A stretch of DNA of 64,000 nucleotides. Origin: Hypanus sabinus (lineage: Eukaryota). How positions within the stretch are numbered: the stretch's first letter is position 1; every line of letters begins with the position of its first letter. Position numbers and translations under genes: made by a program. Location of the stretch: positions 72,602,001-72,666,000 of the forward strand of contig NC_082724.1 in the NCBI RefSeq assembly GCF_030144855.1, given 5' to 3'. The notes below the pieces were generated by a model, which was not told where the DNA came from, did no database searches, and saw only the letters and a program-made list of their open reading frames with translations. Shown one piece after another: positions 49,101 to 59,247 of this stretch.

Positions 49101-51333
49101 CTTTGCCCTTTTATATTTTGCCTCTCTGGTACAATTTACTTTGTTCTGTCTGCATTTGTACCCTTAGCCCAGAGGAATGTTTCATTTGGTGATATATATG
49201 TAAACGAACTTTTATTCTCATCTCATGTGCTGCGTTTATTTACACCAGCATGATGCTTGCTGTCATTTTGTCTTTCACAGATTGAAGAGACCGAATTTTT
49301 AATTTGAAAAATAAAATCTTTCATGTATAGTTTCTGTCATAGACAATGTTCCCTCTAATTTGAATGACCAGCGTGCACCAAAACCTTGTGCTATGCAATT
49401 CCTTACCCAGTGACAACAACATGCGTGTTGAATTTTATACATAGAAGTATCCATTTTAACAGCTAGCAAAGCAGTATCAATAAGAACTTGATCTCCTCTA
49501 GGTTTGATCGTTTTCGCTTTCATTCATCTGAACTGTCACGAAACTTACATACTGGGGCTGTAGCGGGTAACTTAAGGATTTTCACACTGGAGCTTTTGCA
49601 CGTTGTCCATGTATGATTTGCTTGTGAAATAATGCTTTAAAAAGTCTAGTTTGCAAATTCTTCCCACTTGCAAATTCTCCAACTTTTGCATCACAACAAT
49701 ACCAGCTTCTGTACTTAAGTATTTCTCGGAACTACAGGTTCCTGAGCTTTCAGTGGTGCAATTTCTATTGTTTCTTAAGCCATTCTTCATTAAATGATCT
49801 GGCAGATCTTTTGCGCTTCACACCCTTTCTTTCTGTTGAATTTGATTTATTCAATAAAAACAACATAAATAAGCCAATTCTAAAATCTGCAGATAAATCA
49901 TTACAAACTTCACGTTGTCAACACCGACCATATCAGAAAAGGAAATGTGATTGTGTATGATCATGAAATGTAGTTAACACGCCAACGAGGTTGATGATGA
50001 CAACCTGTTGTGCGCAGTTTAAATTCCTTTATGCTCTAGTAGCAAAAGGTGTGTGTGCGTACACCTTAGAAGAAACATTGGTCATAGAGTCTCTGTCTTG
50101 GCTCTTTCTTAATACATGAAAGATTTTATTTTTCAAATTTAAAAACTCGGTCTCTTCAATCTGTGAAAGACAAAATGACAGCAAGTATCATGCTGGTGTA
50201 AATAAATGCAGAAAATGAGATGAGAATAAAAGTTCAAGTGTTTAAGTGATAATCCATTTCTATTTCTGAGGGATTCTTATTTCCTATGCTATCTAATATT
50301 CTTTTTCTGAAGTTTATTTCTCCAACAGCAATATCTGTTTTTTGTGAAACTGCTTTGTTGTGCATTCTCCATTCTGTCTATTCCATACTTCTCTCTCGCC
50401 CTCATCCCCACTGTTTCCTTATCCTTTCTTCCTCATTTTTCCCCATTTACTTTTCTCTGTCTCACTCCCCATACTTTGTGTAATTGTTATTCAGCCATAT
50501 CCATGTCTGGGGCCATGGTGCAAAACACAGTATTAGTAGTCACTCACAGCATACAGTACGTATAATTATGATAGCAGAAAAATTGTTTCAAAATAAAATA
50601 TAGCTCAAGTCCCTGAGTGTCCTGCATTGCTTTCTTTTGCATTTCTTCGTATGTTAAAATTCTCAATTCTACTGAAATGTTGTACCTTTTCCATCTGTTG
50701 CCATCTCCAATCCTTCATTAACGGATAGCTTTGCTTTCTTGGTTTGCTGCCCACCAACTGTAATTAGCTTTATTTAGAGGACAAAAATATGTAAGTTTAT
50801 AGAATACTGAGAAGTTTCGGGTTTCAGAGACCAGTAATTTCCTGTTCTTGCCATGCTTGACTGAAGGAAAAATTGGACATACATTTACCTTTTGGCCATT
50901 CTAATAGTGTGCCAAAAATTACTTGCAAAATTTTGGTTTGTGCATTAATTTAATTTAATTGGAGGGAGATGGACAACTTCTACCTTCAAATATTCTTTCC
51001 TTGTACCTCCCAAGTCATGAAAACTGCTGCCTTAATATGAAGCTAACAAACTGCAACAAATAAAATTGGTGGTGCCCTTGATATTAAAGGTGCTCTCCCA
51101 CCAGGCTATTTCTTCAATAACTGAAAATATACCAAATATGATCACATAATGCTGAAGGAAATCAGCAGGTCAGGTGGTATCCAAAGAGAGGAATAAGCCG
51201 TCGACTTTTTCGGCTGAGACCCTTCATTCTTCCTGATCCTCCAGCATTTTGTGTGTCTCACTCTGTATATCTAGTATCTGCAGAAGATCTTGCGTCGCTA
51301 AATATGATCTTTCTTTTCTGTTTTCAGTTCTGA
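33977..51333 (+). CDS. ARPC4: Actin-related protein 2/3 complex subunit 4, spliced CDS of 6 coding exons, 167 aa
   Basis: Exons 33977-33979 (ATG|GTAAG), 36256-36371, 36971-37082, 41761-41856, 42830-43000 and 51328-51333 (TTC TGA); phases consistent; translation nearly identical to human ARPC4. Confidence 0.96.
35620..36118. mobile_element. Penelope-derived non-autonomous repeat with inverted termini and 12-bp flanking duplication
   Basis: About 95-bp inverted arms (35620-35717 and 35978-36075); direct repeat TAAGTACCAATG at 35608-35619 and 36119-36130; hammerhead-like cores in both arms. Confidence 0.65.
36256..36371 (+). CDS. ARPC4: ARPC4 exon 2
   Basis: [38 protein letters not shown](R); taaAG and GTAAC junctions. 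Confidence 0.95.
36971..37082 (+). CDS. ARPC4: ARPC4 exon 3
   Basis: [37 protein letters not shown]; donor GTCAGT. Confidence 0.95.
37600..39700 (-). mobile_element. Old degenerate CR1 LINE (RT and endonuclease remnants)
   Basis: ORF 38639-38830 ([10 protein letters not shown]...[17 protein letters not shown]) plus remnant AFDKFPH and [10 protein letters not shown] motifs; boundaries approximate. Confidence 0.75.
41761..41856 (+). CDS. ARPC4: ARPC4 exon 4
   Basis: [32 protein letters not shown]; ttttAG and GTAAT junctions. Confidence 0.96.
42830..43000 (+). CDS. ARPC4: ARPC4 exon 5
   Basis: [57 protein letters not shown]; donor GTGAGT. Confidence 0.96.
43385..43615 (+). mobile_element. tRNA-derived SINE-like repeat (related copies near 28560-28750, 39930-40045 and 40735-41010)
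   Basis: Degenerate A-box/B-box-like head (ggtagcatagcg...gttc) followed by the shared core 'tttatccgggtgctccagtttcctc'. Confidence 0.55.
43706..45637 (-). mobile_element. Rex1/Babar-like LINE, 5'-truncated, frameshifted RT
   Basis: ORFs 44711-45160 ([10 protein letters not shown]...[12 protein letters not shown]), 44476-44685 ([13 protein letters not shown]...[10 protein letters not shown]), 44140-44433 and 43808-44086; (agac)n tail; inserted into a SINE-like repeat. Confidence 0.88.
45961..49011 (+). mobile_element. CR1 LINE (APE endonuclease and RT remnants)
   Basis: [19 protein letters not shown]...VLGDFN (endonuclease), [24 protein letters not shown] and LYPLEFRRM motifs, with stops and frameshifts. 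Confidence 0.88.
46755..47511 (-). mobile_element. Unclassified non-autonomous retro-element inserted in CR1
   Basis: Interrupts CR1 'LDWVLCN' (gattgggt|gttatgtaa) with GGGT duplicated at 46751-46754 and 47512-47515. Confidence 0.6.
49206..50235. repeat. About 123-bp inverted repeat (arms 49206-49328 and 50113-50235) derived from a duplicate of the ARPC4 3' end
   Basis: Arms are near reverse complements (e.g. cattttgtctttcacagattgaagagaccga and tcggtctcttcaatctgtgaaagacaaaatg). Confidence 0.9.
49344..50080. mobile_element. hAT-superfamily non-autonomous DNA transposon
   Basis: TIRs CAATGTTCCCTCTAA and TTAGAAGAAACATTG; perfect 8-bp TSD GTCATAGA (49336-49343, 50081-50088). Confidence 0.88.
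51328..51333 (+). CDS. ARPC4: ARPC4 last coding exon (Phe-stop)
   Basis: Strong pyrimidine tract ttcttttctgttttcAG|TTC TGA supplies the conserved terminal F of ...FLKNF. Confidence 0.88.
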   Translation, partial: F

Positions 51334-51630
51334 TGCTGCTTGCGTTTGCTTTCAACTGTCAAGACCAAGGTTACGAGGAACTATGTGAAACTGCACTGCT
51401 GGAAAGAAGCTTTGGGGCAGGGGTGGGTGTAATCATCTGCTGAAAGGGGGCTCAAACAATATCCTGACCAGCTTGCTGGAAGGAGCTTGTATAATAACTC
51501 AACCAGACTGCTGGCTTTATTATTAACAAATCATTTTTCAATTGATACTGTATTTACAGCAGCATATTATCTGCTGTAATTAGTTCTTTCACAAATTGAA
51601 GGGACCGAGCTATACATTTGTATTTTGAAA

Positions 51631-51636
51631 AATAAA
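51631..51636 (+). terminator. ARPC4: ARPC4 polyadenylation signal
   Basis: AATAAA about 300 nt after the stop, followed by a GT/T-rich downstream element (tttgtgtcaaagtgtct). Confidence 0.75.
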
Positions 51637-54600
51637 AACTTTCATTCATAGTTTGTGTCAAAGTGTCTCTGATTTGGCTTGCTCTTAATCCATGTGTTTA
51701 AGTGATAGACCATTTTTTATTTTTGAGGAACTTGACCAGTACAATAAAACCTATCACTGCCCGGGGTTCTTGACAATATTAGAAACAGCTTTTTATGTTA
51801 TGAAATGGTAAGCAAAATATGACAGATGCTGGGCATCATGAATAATTAATTTTGACAACACTTAGCAGGTCAGACATGTGTCCTGGTTAGTAAAAGGAGG
51901 GGAGTGGTTCCCTTTTATCAGAACTGATGGTTATTAACTTGAAATGTTTGTCCCGCTTCTTCTCTCCGGAAGCTGTCAATCCAGTTAAAGGTTCCTGGTA
52001 TACTCAGTCTCCATTGGTACTTATTCTATTACTGATTATAGAACATTTTGAAACAGAGTCTGAGTAATTCATCACTTATATACTCTCCCATCTTGTCATT
52101 TTTGTAATACAGAAAGCCACGTTCCTCACGTTTTCTTTTAATTCTGCTTTTATTTCTATCGATAGATTCTGAATAAGTTTTCTGTTTTGAGAAATTTAAT
52201 ATTACTGGAGTTATGTGTTTTGTTATCTAGAAAAAATACTGCAGATGCTGGAAATCTGAAATAAATATAAAATGCTGTAAATACTCAGGAGGTCAGGAGA
52301 AGCAGAGTTAACATTTAAGGTTTAATCTTTTCATCAAACTAGTCTCGAAGAAAGTTCTTTGAACTGAATCATTAACTCAGTTTCAGGTCAATTTGTGAAA
52401 GAACTAATGACCATTTATCAGAACAGTTCTGATGAGAGATCATCAAACAGGAACGTTAACCCTATTTTTTTTCCCCTCCACAAATGCTGCCTAGTTGGCT
52501 GAGTATTTTCTTTATTTCCCTGTCGTATTACAAGTTTTGTTCTACTGCAAGTGGGTGTAGATTTTGTTGCTTTTAACATTTTTAACCATTGTAGCTGACA
52601 AATGAAAATGCAATGCTGTATTTGCCCAAAATCTTCTTGGTAATGAATAATAGGGGTGCAAGCTGTGGTACTGTTTTTAGTCTGGTCAACATTGTGCTTT
52701 CTATAACATGGATGGTCTAGAGTAGCAAAGTGTAGGCTCTCGTATGTGCTTGGTGAGTTCTCAGTTGAAATTAAACTCTGAAAGGTTGTTTGAATGGGAA
52801 TAATTTAACGAGGGTACATAATACTGCTGTCATTGCAATTAATATGTATTGACGTGTAATTAAAAACCTTTACAATTCACCTACCCAATCATTTCCTGTA
52901 GATTGTGTTTAGTTTTAGCTTTGACACTTTTTATTGCTTATTATGAAATCTGAAATGATTTTTAATATTTCCAAGATAATTTGTAAATATGACCAGCAGC
53001 AAAATCTTGAACCCTCCTCCTTGCTCATGTCTAAAAGAAACCTGTTTGGGAGTTAAGTTGAAAAGTCCAATTATCTCAGTTACTCATATTTTAAAGAGCC
53101 AGTAATGCTCTTTTGCCAGGAGACTTGAGCTATCTTCATTCTGCTGTGCTTTGATATTTTTCATTGCAAATAGCAATATATGTTGAAAATTCTTTAAAAT
53201 TGGAATAACATTTTTGAAATTTGTGCTCTGGAAGTTCAACTGAGAAATTTCAGACACACTCTTGATTTAAGTACTAGTGGGACAGTATTTGCTTACCATT
53301 TAAACACCTATTTTTGACCAAAGCATCATTTATAAGGATGAAAAAGCATGACCATAGTAGATAAGATGTTAAAGAGCTGAAACTGTGCAGTGATAGAACC
53401 CAAGGTAGCACAAAAATCAGATGTAAGATGAGGACAGTAGTAGCAAATTATTGGAGAACTTAGTAGCAAGATCTTCAACTGATTTGGTCATTAGGTTTAA
53501 TTAAATTTTAATATGCTCCATATATGGTAAAAGGATATCAGCGATTCATTTAACTCAGCTTTTGTTAATTAAAATTCAATAAAAGTTGAAAAAGGATCTA
53601 GTGCTTTCCTGGCATATATGAGGAATAAACTCTCGGGGAACTCGGCTGGAAGCCACGAGAACAGGTTATATGTTCAACAAGAATATATTAACGGTATGTT
53701 CTTACATATATTAAAACATCGGTTTCTTAAGGCTGTTATATGGGAGGCAGTGGCAGTGGGGCTAGCTCCCATTACCTGTTAAATTCTCCCAAGTAGCCTC
53801 CAACAACCAACCTCCACTTCCTTGCGGCTATACCCACTCACGGTGAAGGCTTCGGGAGTAAAACCCGGAGCTAGAGTCCTTAAAGCAGTCCTATGTTGAG
53901 TTCAGCACCGACTGGCAACTCCTAGGACACCGCTGATGTCAAAATGTATCAATCTCTGCTGTTCTTTGGATTCATCAGTTGTGTGGAGTTGGGGGTAGCT
54001 GAATGGACCTGCTTATTCTCCATATTGTAACTGTCCTGGCTTGCATATTCCATAGACAGTTAGGATGCAACATCCATGGTCAACCCCGACCAGCGGAGAG
54101 CCTTATTAAAACATCTTTCATAGTCTCAAGCTGCTGGAAAGCGCCATACAGTGAATGAAATGTCGTGATTATGAATCAGACGGAGTAAGGATGGCTTTAA
54201 TTGGGGTATGGATTGCTTATTCTGTTGGATCTGCAGGAACAGAATTAATGTTTTGGACAACTAGAACCAGAAGAATTGATCCTATCATCACTAGTTCAGT
54301 CTGTAATATAAAGTATCTACTCGATGTGATAGTGAAAGGCCCCTGATATCTTTGGAACTGCAGCTAAACATAAAGCTAATGGCTTCATATAGAACTGCAA
54401 TTAACTGGGGGGGGGGGGGGGGGAATCTGGGAGGTTTCATATAACGTATTGATTTCCCTCATTAAATGATAATCTATTTATGACTCGGATTTTAAGTTGT
54501 CTACAGGAGTCCACGTACTGAAAAGTGGTCAGCCTACCTCATTATATTACCAACTTTGTTTGCTGACACTACCGTATCCCAGCAATGGTGAAATCAATTA

Positions 54601-55169
54601 TCCTTAATTGTGTCTTTTGTGTGGGCGTGCGTAAGCACAATCCAGTTTGCATTACTTACCTTAATGTGATGGACACGATTACAAAGATAATATCATGTTT
54701 CAGAATACAATCTGAAACTTTCACTCTTCTGGTCTCTTCATAGATGGTGACAGACCTGTGTGCATTTACAGTATCTACAGATTTCCAACTTTCTTTTTGC
54801 TTTTCCAGAGATGTGTAAGTCTTTTGAATTTCCAGCCCTGGGGCTGCAGAGTAGCAATGTTTATTCGAAGATGAGATCAATAGGTCTTTAGGCAATCAGA
54901 TGAGAGGGGATATGGTGATCATGTGGGTAAGTGGACGACGATCAGCGATGATACATCGAATGGCAGCTGGGAGTCTACAGCTCACTCCTCCCCCTACTAA
55001 CAGCTTCAAATTTCCAAGAAGCAGGATTTTTGTTTGTAGTGACGGCTGAGGGAAGCAGCAAACACTCTAACCGATAGCGTTGACTGCCAGGGGCCTGTCC
55101 ATTTCCAATGAATGAATGGCTGAGCTAAAAATCCGTTATTTTCATTCATGGCAGACCCGCCTTCAATAT

Positions 55170-55472
55170 TAGTATGCAAATCAAAACATCGTTTGCATTG
55201 CAAACATCCAATGATCCTCCCCCCCCCGCCCAGAAATAAGTTACTTGACGTAAACAATGAACTGTTCAGTGAGCCCTAAACATGCACAGTGACCGAACAG
55301 GTTGGGGTCCGAGCAAATATGGCGCCTGACGTCGTGCCAGCGTCGCTATGGCAACTGTAAACAGCGAGCGCCAGCGCGTGCGCATGCGCAGCTCGGCGGG
55401 CGGAGGGAGCGCGTTGCGAGCGGGAGCAGCGCTGAGATAGATATACGTTTCCCGAAGAAAGCCGTCGCCAGA
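55170..55472 (+). promoter_or_regulatory. CpG-island promoter and probable non-coding first exon of a downstream gene (TTLL3 by synteny only)
   Basis: Octamer 55174-55181, CCAAT, GC box, TGACGTAA/GTAAACA at 55246-55256, YY1-like AATATGGCG, RFX X-box GTCGCTATGGCAAC at 55342-55355, NRF1 TGCGCATGCGCA at 55379-55390; donor AGA|GTGAGT at 55472/55473. Confidence 0.7.
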
Positions 55473-55969
55473 GTGAGTATCTGTGGAAGGAAGGAGCAGG
55501 GGAGGCCGTTACGACAAACCGCGGTATATGATTCTGAGCTGTGGCGTGGCTTGGTGCTTCAGCTCTCATTCCTTGACGGGGCTTGCGTGTTCAATCTCTG
55601 GAGTGGGACTTGCCTCACATCACGGTGCTAAATGAAGTGATAAGCACTCAGTCCTTTCAGGTGGATGAAAAAAAAACTGTCCCAAATAAATAGGTTTAGG
55701 AGATCCTGGACCAATATTTATTCAAAAACAATATTGGTAAAACAGCACACTTTATCAAACGCAGTTCCTTGAGCATTCTGTGTGTGTGTTGCTTCGGATT
55801 TCCAGCTTCTGCAGGGCTCTTGGGTTTACATTTTATTATTGGCATGTTGCTGTGAGCTTCCTGTGCTGCGTTTGCTATGTTACAACGTTGGTGCAGAATC
55901 CCAGAGTTGTTACACCGGCAGGGAGGCTATTTGACCTTTCGTGCATGGACTATGATATGTAACATTCTT

Positions 55970-56480
55970 CAGAATCAGTTTATTATCATTGACATGTTGT
56001 GAAATTTGTTATTCTGAAAGTTACAATAAGAAATATGCATAAAATAAATAAATGTCGCAAAAAAGAGTAAATAGTAAGGTAATGTTTATGGGTTCATGGA
56101 TGTTCAAAAATCTGACGGCAGAGGGGTAAAAACTGTTCCTGAAACACTGAGTGTGCTTCTTCAGGTAGTAATGAGAAGATGGCATGTTCTGGATGTTAGT
56201 GGTTGCAGCCTTCTTGAGACACTGCCTTTTGAAGATGTCCTTGATGGTGGGGAAGCTAGTGTCCATGGTGGAAATGGTTAAATCTACAATCCCCTGCAGC
56301 TTTTTTTTCTGATTCTGTGTGTTGAGGCTTAGTACCAGGCTGTGAAGCAACCAGTCAAAATACTCACCACTGTACTTCTGTAGAAATTTGTTTGAGTGTT
56401 TGGTGACACACCAAATCACCTCAAACTCCTATTGAAGTATAGCCACTGTTGTAACTTCTTCGTGATTGAATCAATATGTT
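55970..56480 (-). mobile_element. Degenerate Rex/L2-like LINE 3' fragment
   Basis: ORF 56021-56419 (KKLQGIVD...RQCLKKAA...FRNSFYPSAVRFLN). Confidence 0.6.
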
Positions 56481-56794
56481 GGGGCCAGGATAGATCCTCA
56501 TATTGCTTTTCTAAGCCTCCTGCCCTGTTTCAATAGGCCTGCAAATTCTTTCCTTTATCCAGCACCTTTTTTAAAGTTTACAATTGCATGTTTCCATTAC
56601 TACAATAGCAGTCCATCCCAGATCTAACTGCTCAAACTATTTCCTCCTGTAAATTGTGTTTTTTTTTCATTTTGTGTACTCTGGCTCTTGATCTTCTCAC
56701 AGTAAAATCCTTTTCTATTGACCCAGTCTGTCATTTTAATAATTTGAGCAGATTCTCATTCATGTCCTGTATTTCAAAAAGTACGTATTCAGTC

Positions 56795-58161
56795 CATAAG
56801 AACATAAGAAATAGGAGCAGGAGTAGGCCATCCAGCCCATCGAGCCTGCCCCACCATTCAATAAAATCATGGCTGTTCTGTCCGTAAACTCAGCTCCATC
56901 TACCTACCTTTTCACCATAACCCTTAATTCCCCTACTATGTAAAAACCTATCTAACTGTACCTTAAATATATTTAGTGAAGAAGCCTCAACTGCTTCCCT
57001 GGGCAGAGAATTCCACAGATTCACCACTCTCTGGGAAAAAGTTTCTCCTCATTTCCGTCCTAAATCTTCTCCCCTGAATCTTGAGACAATGTCTCCTAGT
57101 TCTAGTCTCATCTACCAATGGAAACAACTTTCCTACTTCTATCTTATCTATCCCTTTCAAAATTTTGTATGTTTCTATAAGATCCCCTCTCATTCTTCCA
57201 GAGAGTATAGTCCCAGGCAACTCAATCTTTCCTCATAGGTTAACCCCTTCATCTCTGGAATCAACCTCCTCTGCACTGCCTCCAAAGCCAGTATATCCTT
57301 CCTCAAGTGTGGAGACCAGAACTGCACACAGTACTCCAGGTGCGGCCTCACCATTACCCTGTATTTTTGCAGCATGACCTCCCTGCTCTTGAATTCAATC
57401 CCTCTAGCAACAAAGGCCAACATTCCGTTTGCCTTCTTAATAACCTGTTGCACCTGCAAGCCGACTTTTTGCAATTCATGACCAAGCACTCCCAAGTCCC
57501 TCTGCACAACAGCATGCTGCAATCTTTCTCCATTTAAATAATAATCTGCTCTTCTATTATTCCTTCCAAAGTGGATGATCTCACATTTACCAATGTTGTA
57601 TTACTTCTGCCAGACCTTGGCCCACTCACTTAACCTATCTATACCCCTCTGCAGACTCTCCACATCCCCTGTACAATTTGCTTTTTCACTCAATTAGTGT
57701 CATCGGCAAATTTTGCTGTGCTACACTTAGTCCCCTCTTCCAAATCATCAATGTAAATGGTAAACATCTGCGGGCCCAGCACCAACCCTTGTGGCACCCC
57801 ACTCACCACCGACTGCCAACCGGAGAAACACCCATTTATACCAACTCTCTGCCTTCTATTGGTTAACCAATCCACTATCCATGCCAATACACTTCTTCCA
57901 ACTCCATGCATCTGTATCTTATTTAAAAGTCTCTTGTGTGACACCTTATCAAACGCCTTCTGGAAATCCAAGTATACGACATCCATCTGTTCCCCTCTGT
58001 ACACTGCACTCATTATGTCCTCAAAGAACTCCAGTAAGTTTGTCAAACAGGACCTGCCTTTTCTGAATCCATGCTGTGTTTTTAAAAAGCGGTGTGACAT
58101 TTGCTCTCTTCCAATTCTCTGGGACCTGCCCAGAGTCTAGAGAGTTTTGATGAATGATTAC
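56795..58161 (-). mobile_element. CR1 LINE (RT and 3' end), target of the LTR insertion
   Basis: ORF 57690-58100 (QHGFRKGRSCLTNLL...YLDFQKAFDKV...KFADDT), 57190-57522 and 56987-57220; (cataagaa)n tail. Confidence 0.9.
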
Positions 58162-59136
58162 TGTTACGAAGGATGAACAGCTCTGACGGGCAGAAGGGTG
58201 CAGGGTTGCCCATGTCCCCCTCCCCTGGGAGAATTACAAACCGTTACTGTTGCCATGCTGCTAATGAGAGAGAAAGAGATGGAACAAAAACATGCCAGAA
58301 CATCTGCTACTGATAAGAGAGGGGAGAGAGACTTGTTGTTCCACCACATTATGACTCCTGTAAGACTTATGGCTTCTGAGAAGGATTGTTTACCTTATAC
58401 TATTCTGTTCATTAAAATTCCTCAGTGGACAGGCGGAGTGGGCTGGTTTGATGGACTAAGCCATTCAAAACTGATTGACACCTGAGACCCCGTGAGTAGG
58501 GATAAAAGTGAGGTCTGGGGAGACGCCCCTCAGACACACCAGGAGACACACTAGTGAGCACTGCTTGAGTGTTGGAACCCATGAGAAGGTGTGGGGCATC
58601 GGGGACCGAACAAAGGATTGGTCAGTTTAACTCGGTATTTATAGCAGGGCCGGTGGGGGCTTGTGTGTGTGTGTCCGCCCTTGCCTGGGTGACGAGTCCA
58701 CGACAGAAGAACGGTCTAGCTGAAGGACAGAGGGGTCATACCTGAATGGCCACAACACATCGACGGATCAAGAACATAAAGGAAGGTTTGGCTGACTGTA
58801 GCTGTCACTGTTTGCTCTCTCTTTCTCTCTCTCTCCAACGATTAAAACACAAGAACCAACAACTACCTCAGCACGTATGAACTGAACTGAACTGAACTTT
58901 ATATTCACACATGACCATTCATTATCCCCTAGACATCGATAGCTTGTTTATTATTGATTATTATTATACCCACACTTTTAAGTTTATTATTGCTAACGTG
59001 TATTATCTATATATTTGCATTGTTGATATTGATTTGTATATTTTACTAATAAACACTGTTTGAAAATAGTATCACCTGACTCCAATGGATTCTTCTAACT
59101 TTGCTGGTCAGACACCCAGTTACAGGGTACGTAACA
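58162..59136 (+). repeat. 5' LTR (975 bp)
   Basis: TGTTACG...CGTAACA terminal inverted repeat; AATAAA at 59048-59053; repeated from 62611. Confidence 0.95.
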
Positions 59137-59139
59137 AAT

Positions 59140-59157
59140 TGGGGGCTCGTCCAGGAT
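59140..59157 (+). promoter_or_regulatory. Primer-binding site for tRNA-Pro
   Basis: TGGGGGCTCGTCCAGGAT is 17/18 complementary to the tRNA-Pro 3' end plus CCA, and lies 3 nt after the LTR. Confidence 0.93.
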
Positions 59158-59247
59158 TTGAGTACCAAATTGGGGGGCCAGTGAATCGGGCTATAAGTCC
59201 ATTATTTGATCTGGTTGCGTGGGTAACCAGATGGGAAACCAGCAAGG

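Noticed and set aside
54407-54423. G17 homopolymer (G-quadruplex potential)
   Set aside because: Isolated simple repeat with unreliable length and no supporting context.
55302-55631. 109-aa ORF as first coding exon of the downstream gene
   Set aside because: Non-ATG start, reads through the predicted donor, and shows no TTL-family or other recognisable motif.
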